From positions 32,682 to 96,681 of IMG/VR virus record IMGVR_UViG_3300042691_040495: a stretch of DNA of 64,000 bases. One strand, given 5' to 3'. Positions 59,501 to 64,000 of this stretch are shown in pieces. Positions within the stretch are counted from its first letter, which is position 1. Each line of letters starts with the position of its first letter. The notes beneath the pieces are model-generated. The model was not told the origin of the DNA. It saw only the letters and a program-made list of their open reading frames with translations, and searched no databases. Position numbers and translations under genes: made by a program. The stretch is from a virus.

Positions 59501-60402
59501 GTTGATACAGAGGCGTATAGTCTGCCTGTGTACTTATCTATTGCAATATCTCCAAATTTATTATCTTCTGGAGCAATAGGTAATGAAACGCTCCACGTTT
59601 CTTGGCCCGTGGCCGTCGGAATATTATCCGATCCAGAATAAGAGAATAACATCTTATTTAGAGTATTTGTTCCTTCTCTAAAATACCAGTATCCACTAGC
59701 ATAATATGCAGCATTCCCTATTGATGTTATTAAATATGATGATGATGAAGATATTTGTGAGAATATTGGACTTATTGCTGACATATTCCACCAGTATAGT
59801 CCGGATGGATTTGTCTCATCTCCATCATATGTCAAATAGAGCTGACTTTTATCGTAATTATATGCTAAAGCATTTGCTGGAGCTTTTCCCCAAATGGATC
59901 CTGTGGCAAATACCAGGGAAGATATGGTTTTTTTAGGTATAATTTCAAAGATACCATTTTCTTCAGATACGCCATAAAGTCTAGAATATGGTAAGATATC
60001 AGTAGCAGATGATCCTGTAACTGTGACAAAATTACTTAAATTTAATGGATTACTAGTTGATGCTACTCTAAATCCTATATCTTTTTTTAAAGTGAGTGAA
60101 TTATAACTATTTGCACTATGAATTCCAACATTATTATCTAAATCAAATCTGGATATAGATCCACTACTACTGGAAAAAGATCCCCCAAGAGTTAATTTTG
60201 ATACACTGTATAATCCACTACCGCCATATCCACTGAAACTAACTGAATTTTCAATCCATTCAGCAACATTGCCTCCTTGATCATAAGTGCCATAGTAGCT
60301 GGAACTACCATTTAATCCAACAGCCGTTACATTGCCAGTAACCCCATTCCATACTACACAATTATTATAATTTGCCTTATTAAGACCGGGTATATCCAGC
60401 AT
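56590..60402 (-). CDS. Fibre/adhesin: permuted FGE-sulfatase domain with inserted propeller, Thr/Pro stalk and FN3-like C-terminus
   Basis: YGTYDQGGNVAEW, IGFRVAS, EVTNKEYVRFLN, KPVNYV, IPSRREWHKAAY; insert NALAY..GDIAID..LSFNNDG; ITLTWEHP. Confidence 0.72.
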   Translation of the reverse strand: MLDIPGLNKANYNNCVVWNGVTGNVTAVGLNGSSSYYGTYDQGGNVAEWIENSVSFSGYGGSGLYSVSKLTLGGSFSSSSGSISRFDLDNNVGIHSANSYNSLTLKKDIGFRVASTSNPLNLSNFVTVTGSSATDILPYSRLYGVSEENGIFEIIPKKTISSLVFATGSIWGKAPANALAYNYDKSQLYLTYDGDETNPSGLYWWNMSAISPIFSQISSSSSYLITSIGNAAYYASGYWYFREGTNTLNKMLFSYSGSDNIPTATGQETWSVSLPIAPEDNKFGDIAIDKYTGRLYASVSTNTLYVLDLTPTATGGNPTLIKHAQLTGSDTPAILQLSFNNDGSVLYGHHRDRKKWYKINKNINSANFAKITEVIASTDESADFLTPGFRDIAGPVSFAIRPIETNYKISALEVTNKEYVRFLNAVDPEGIMADETDYYNEYGQLASRHSGLLYNSVMSNTSYGGVGFDYNNPNGSKYSVLQNMENKPVNYVTAFMAMRYCNWLHNRVDNPRTTNSTTGAYDFTNLSPYGQFDIGRTTSSRYYIPSRREWHKAAYYSNNINDVVKWSYTNSNPFEDSSTLPIENLESIPPVKTGWKILTNGAWSTVTEITYNNPSTNITISPGIFNTSTNSFESPGVFDFYSAIPSGFYIYATQSNNRPSCSDIDPYGNGPEPQNVGHLVTFTNLIPGNKYVAYFTLSENSPYIASIDKPMVPFVASSTTEQIMVQITKYWPMKMLVLTSKLMNGCDIIVTGQQAVEDGLNGTYYLSTTTDVHGKYFYSKDGKNSYPRIGLTNLAQVPYTTYWNFQKSAVGGENALYYITNPLYPAPPVSDTWLDGDYTNTFGINTTSTPLPHVFYENNTVVKCDSLSNDCEIGATRLPMVTRTVTKTPYPTRTVTPTISPSFTPTNTNTPTITPTNTPTTTTTPTTTITPTITTTSTPTITPTITITPTITVTPTITPTNTITPTITPTVTVSPSYTPTNTPTITTTTTITPSTTKVITPNYALTLDTRAARNYMVKSYENNVFIQWDGVNSDQLVNSPNGIVSLPQWYHIGFYIGNTSNSIISDSVWIASYNNIRANPTTDSTFRVPVNIIGLINNWKLSSYNTRPLFMRLFTSYDRYSSGVLSNNQDPRTSVSASWGLFNAGWYKYTINTNDNNDCAPYITSVNGYNERITLTWEHPFSAYSLGSTTLSLYRYYLALYDSSDTFLGNYTIPNTLKSYTLTQSPGAYKIKLYASFMGSALGGSVDPELYSMMNIPSKTITVTVDPSAF
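57415..57765 (-). repeat. Mucin-like Thr/Pro low-complexity repeats (coding)
   Basis: TPTITPTNT-type tandem units. Confidence 0.9.
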
Positions 60403-60421
60403 TATTAATTTCCTTTATTAT

Positions 60422-63130
60422 TTAGATGCACTCAGGGCCACATTTTATTGCAAGATAATCCATAGCCTCCAAGGCATTGCTAGTATTAGTTAGTTTAAAT
60501 TGTATAACGGCTTGATTTTGTGTTTTTAAATTAATGTTAGCAACAGTTAGCAAATTTGCTCTTCCGCTGCTTTGGAATACGACACTACCACTTTCTGGTG
60601 TTAGTACAATATCTGGTGATGCTGAGATAAATCTGTATGTATGATTATCTCCTGGCATAGCATTATTGATATCAACAGATAATAGTTTTGTTCCAGAACA
60701 ACAACCAACTGGTAGTGTTAGTACCGGAGCGCCAGAGAAAGAGACAATATAATCAGTAATTGGTAAGCAATTATTGCAGTTTAATGTAAAATCATTACTG
60801 TATATTACAGAATTAGAGCAAGATGTTTGTTGAACATTCATATTTAATGTAACAAATTTATTTTTTGATCCGTCATATAGAGAATTTTCTTTGTAAACTA
60901 GTATTGTATCTCTGTTATCGGCAGCACAAGATCCACTAGGATAACAGAATCCAATATCTGTTTTTATTGTTCTGGTATCAGTAGTTGCCAAGAATTCTCC
61001 AGACTGTCTTGATACAACAACTGGCCAATTGCTATCAACACGAGAAATAGTATACTTATAATTTTCTCCAGGAATTAAATTATTTAATCTAGAATTCAGA
61101 ATATAAGTATTATTGCCAACAGTATCAAGAACAGCATCAGCAGCTTGTACAATCTCTAACTTCTTTAAGCAATTATCACATGATACTCTGCACTCATTAC
61201 TATAAACAATAGCATCATTACATGAACTATCTTTAACTTGTAACTTAAATTTAACATTCTTATCAATACCAGCAAAATTCATTGCACAAGTCGGATCTAA
61301 TGAATATGTTAGCACATTAGCAGATCCATTCGGACATGATCCTGTTGATGGACAAAAAGTTAATCTGCTTGTTACCGATTCTAACGGGCCTGTAGCTTTT
61401 ACTACCCCGCTCATTGGATATAAGATAGCTGGCCAGTTGCTACTTACTCCTTGGAAAGAATAGGAGTAATCAGATCCTGGTATTAATCCATTAAGATCGG
61501 CGGTAATATCAACATAATTATTTCCATAACTTAGTGATAAGTTATTCGGTAAAGATGCTTGTAATGAAGGAATGCAGTTTTCACAGAAAGCAGTAAGTTC
61601 GTTACTATAAGCTGTAGGAGCGTCATAATTTATAGGATCAATCACTAATCTTAATTTAACATTTCTAGAAATATATCCCGCTTTGGTAGCACATGCAGAA
61701 TCTACCGTATAATCTAAAACATCATTATCAGAGCTTGGACAAATTCCTGTTGATCTGCAAAAAGATAATTTAACAGGGATTGATGCTGAAGTTGATGTTG
61801 GGCTTAGTATTCCGCTAATTGGAGAAATAGTAGATGGCCAATTAGCATCAATAGCTTCAAAGGTATACTGGTATATAGAATTAGGAATTAAATTAAGAAT
61901 ACTAGCATTAAAAGTATATTTATCATTACCTTCTGTTAATGTTACAGTATCAGGGATGCTAACTTTGGGTTTGGATATGCAATCATTACAGAAAATACTT
62001 AGTTCGTTACTGTATGATGAAATATCATTTGATAATTGTTTTAGTGTTAATTTAAGTCTAGCTGTTTTATCTAATAAGCCAAAATCGATATCAGCAGCAG
62101 CATTCGGTGTGTATGCTAATACTCCATTTGTTCCATTTGGGCATAGTCCTGTGGATGGACAGAATGTTAACTTTGCTGGTATAGATACTGTCTTATCAGA
62201 AGCAACAATAGTTCCACTCTGTGGATGGATTATTACTGGCCAATTAGCTTTTATACTATTAAATTCATAAGAATATTCTTGACCAATAATTAAATTCTCT
62301 AAAGAAACATCAAAACCACTATAAGTATCTCCAGCATTTAAATCAATAACAGACGGAATAGTTACCTTGGTTTTTGGTAAACAATCATCGCATAAAACAG
62401 AGAAGGAAGATGTTGCCCCACTTTGTATTGTGCTACTTATTGGATCAACGACTAAGTTAATAACAGAATAGATATCTTCTCTATCTATACTAGATGATGT
62501 ATCCACATAATTCAATACTGTTTCATCATTTTCTGAACATATATTAGATGATGAGCATAAAGAGACTAAACTTATTATATTAGTATACTCATTTGAGGTT
62601 TTTATAACACCTGAAATTGGAACTATTTTAACTGGCCAGTTACCTCCAGCGCTCTTAAACTCGTATTTGTATAATTGGTTGGGTACTAATCCATTAACTT
62701 CTGATGTTATTGTTACTGAACTGCCTTCGTTGCTATTAAAAGATACAGAGTCCGTTCTTAATGATAGTTGACTTAAGCATTCGTCACATTCAACAATACA
62801 TGGATGAGTATAGATAATTTCATTAGGATCATCGTATTCTGTAACAGATAATCCTAATACGCTATACAAACTCTTGGGTCCAACAGCTAATCCTGGATCA
62901 TAAACATTAGTTTGATGAGTATTAAAAAATACATTTGAGTCTGATGATGGGCATTCTCCAGTAGTTGAACAAAAATAAACATATGTTTTAACACGCGGAG
63001 GATAAAATACACCTGATAATGGAGTAACCCTAACTGGCCAATTGCCGCCATTATTTGTAAATTTAAATCTATATTTATTATTAGGATTTAATCCACTAAC
63101 ATCAATATCAATTGTTTTAATTGTTGACAT
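60422..63130 (-). CDS. Virion-type protein built from ~130-aa Cys-containing tandem repeats
   Basis: Six full repeats (LxP..YxYxF..NWP..PxSG..FCx5C..CxxC) and one degenerate repeat. Confidence 0.75.
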   Translation of the reverse strand: MSTIKTIDIDVSGLNPNNKYRFKFTNNGGNWPVRVTPLSGVFYPPRVKTYVYFCSTTGECPSSDSNVFFNTHQTNVYDPGLAVGPKSLYSVLGLSVTEYDDPNEIIYTHPCIVECDECLSQLSLRTDSVSFNSNEGSSVTITSEVNGLVPNQLYKYEFKSAGGNWPVKIVPISGVIKTSNEYTNIISLVSLCSSSNICSENDETVLNYVDTSSSIDREDIYSVINLVVDPISSTIQSGATSSFSVLCDDCLPKTKVTIPSVIDLNAGDTYSGFDVSLENLIIGQEYSYEFNSIKANWPVIIHPQSGTIVASDKTVSIPAKLTFCPSTGLCPNGTNGVLAYTPNAAADIDFGLLDKTARLKLTLKQLSNDISSYSNELSIFCNDCISKPKVSIPDTVTLTEGNDKYTFNASILNLIPNSIYQYTFEAIDANWPSTISPISGILSPTSTSASIPVKLSFCRSTGICPSSDNDVLDYTVDSACATKAGYISRNVKLRLVIDPINYDAPTAYSNELTAFCENCIPSLQASLPNNLSLSYGNNYVDITADLNGLIPGSDYSYSFQGVSSNWPAILYPMSGVVKATGPLESVTSRLTFCPSTGSCPNGSANVLTYSLDPTCAMNFAGIDKNVKFKLQVKDSSCNDAIVYSNECRVSCDNCLKKLEIVQAADAVLDTVGNNTYILNSRLNNLIPGENYKYTISRVDSNWPVVVSRQSGEFLATTDTRTIKTDIGFCYPSGSCAADNRDTILVYKENSLYDGSKNKFVTLNMNVQQTSCSNSVIYSNDFTLNCNNCLPITDYIVSFSGAPVLTLPVGCCSGTKLLSVDINNAMPGDNHTYRFISASPDIVLTPESGSVVFQSSGRANLLTVANINLKTQNQAVIQFKLTNTSNALEAMDYLAIKCGPECI

Positions 63131-63155
63131 GTATTTTACCTTTTATATTTTGAGT

Positions 63156-63953
63156 TTAACAACTACTTCCTTCAGTAATAGTAACACCTACTCCAACATG
63201 ACCACCAGTACTGGTGCAGTCTAAGCACCTTATATTGACTATATTGCTACGATAAATTATAGTAGAAAAATCAGGATCGGTAAGCAATAATCTAAATGAT
63301 GTTTCTGTTTTATACCAATTCTTAGTTCCAGCATTATTCTTTATAGAATACGGTATCACTCCAATTTGTCCATTTGGACACGATCCTGTTGTGGCACAGA
63401 AGCCTCCGTACAATGTTAATTTTTCTGTTTTATCGTGTGCAAAAATTTGTCCACTAGTAGAAGACAAAGAGAATGGCCAATCAGAACTTAATGGCTCTAT
63501 TGAATAATTATACAATTTATTTGGTGTTAAATTTTCTAAATTAATATCTATCTTGTGTTCTTTTTCTTTTATAATGCCAGTATTTGGAATCTCAATTTTT
63601 AAAACTGGAAAACATCCTGAGCATACTAGTCTAATAGCATCACTTTTATAAATATTTGTAGAATCATCAACAGAATAAAAAGATAATTGAATTTTACTAA
63701 ATGGATTATCTCCAACATTACATAAACAATCATTATATGGTAATAGTCCATCAGAATCTAAGCATCCGGTTCTTGATAAACAAAAATATACCGTAGCATC
63801 AATTCTGCCACTAGATGATGTTGCTGTAAATGTTCCACTTAAAGGATTTACTATTGTTGGCCAGTTTGATCCAATTCCATTAAAAAAATAGTTATATTTT
63901 TGATAGGGAATTAGACCGTTTATTTGTGCTGAAATATCTATAGGATTGGACAT
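63156..63953 (-). CDS. Paralogous protein with two copies of the same ~130-aa repeat
   Basis: GLIPYQKYNYFF..NWP..PLSG..FCLSRTGC..CSGC and NLTPNKLYNY..DWP..FCATTGSC..CLDC; AAGGA SD. Confidence 0.75.
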   Translation of the reverse strand: MSNPIDISAQINGLIPYQKYNYFFNGIGSNWPTIVNPLSGTFTATSSSGRIDATVYFCLSRTGCLDSDGLLPYNDCLCNVGDNPFSKIQLSFYSVDDSTNIYKSDAIRLVCSGCFPVLKIEIPNTGIIKEKEHKIDINLENLTPNKLYNYSIEPLSSDWPFSLSSTSGQIFAHDKTEKLTLYGGFCATTGSCPNGQIGVIPYSIKNNAGTKNWYKTETSFRLLLTDPDFSTIIYRSNIVNIRCLDCTSTGGHVGVGVTITEGSSC

Positions 63954-63984
63954 ATTATATCCTTTGTGGTATGGAACAACTGTT

Positions 63985-63992
63985 TATACACC
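63985..63992 (-). promoter_or_regulatory. GGTGTAW motif (candidate phage promoter) upstream of the - strand structural genes
   Basis: Reverse strand reads TGGTGTATAAA, 39 nt before the start at 63953. Confidence 0.5.
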
Positions 63993-64000
63993 ATTTGTGG

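Noticed and set aside
53635-60402. Diversity-generating retroelement targeting the CLec domains
   Set aside because: No reverse transcriptase and no near-identical TR/VR pair with adenine-specific mismatches seen in this window; cannot be excluded elsewhere in the genome
108-62270. Many short ORFs antisense to or nested in long genes (e.g. 1214-1684, 28081-28503, 40634-41020, 61956-62270)
   Set aside because: They overlap well-supported genes on the opposite strand and have no recognisable motifs
1-64000. Alternative genetic code (stop-codon reassignment)
   Set aside because: Genes tile densely under the standard code, and TAG, TGA and TAA all end conserved proteins at expected positions (e.g. 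nrdJ TAG, ssb TGA)

Overview
This 64 kb window looks like part of a large, AT-rich, tailed dsDNA phage genome in the standard genetic code. Protein motifs suggest a Planctomycetota-like host (inference). The + strand (1-36996) carries: fibre and protease genes; a membrane-protein/papain-protease cassette; an AT-rich glycosyltransferase insert; nucleotide metabolism genes (dCMP deaminase, class II RNR NrdJ, PhoH, dNMP kinase); a bacterial-type replication/recombination module (RecA/UvsX, DnaB, DnaG, PD-(D/E)XK nuclease, DnaE, DEDDh exonuclease, SSB, Rad52-like annealase); and an 8-gene sugar-enzyme-like operon. The - strand (36993-63953) encodes very large virion/tail proteins. Most notable: (1) DnaE is split into two genes with no intein, with an unannotated 59-aa ORF and an epsilon-like exonuclease in the gap; (2) the sugar operon has one catalytically intact, Zn-ribbon-bearing GT4 followed by seven intact ORFs, several of which look like pseudoenzymes; (3) two fibre proteins carry a circularly permuted FGE-sulfatase/CLec domain plus mucin-like Thr/Pro stalks; (4) a GGTGTAW motif sits in nearly every intergenic gap (candidate phage promoter); (5) a possible protease-centred lysis cassette; (6) a ~130-aa four-Cys repeat family; (7) probable non-canonical start codons. 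No tRNA, rRNA, CRISPR array or reverse transcriptase was seen. All family calls come from reading motifs by eye; no database searches were run.
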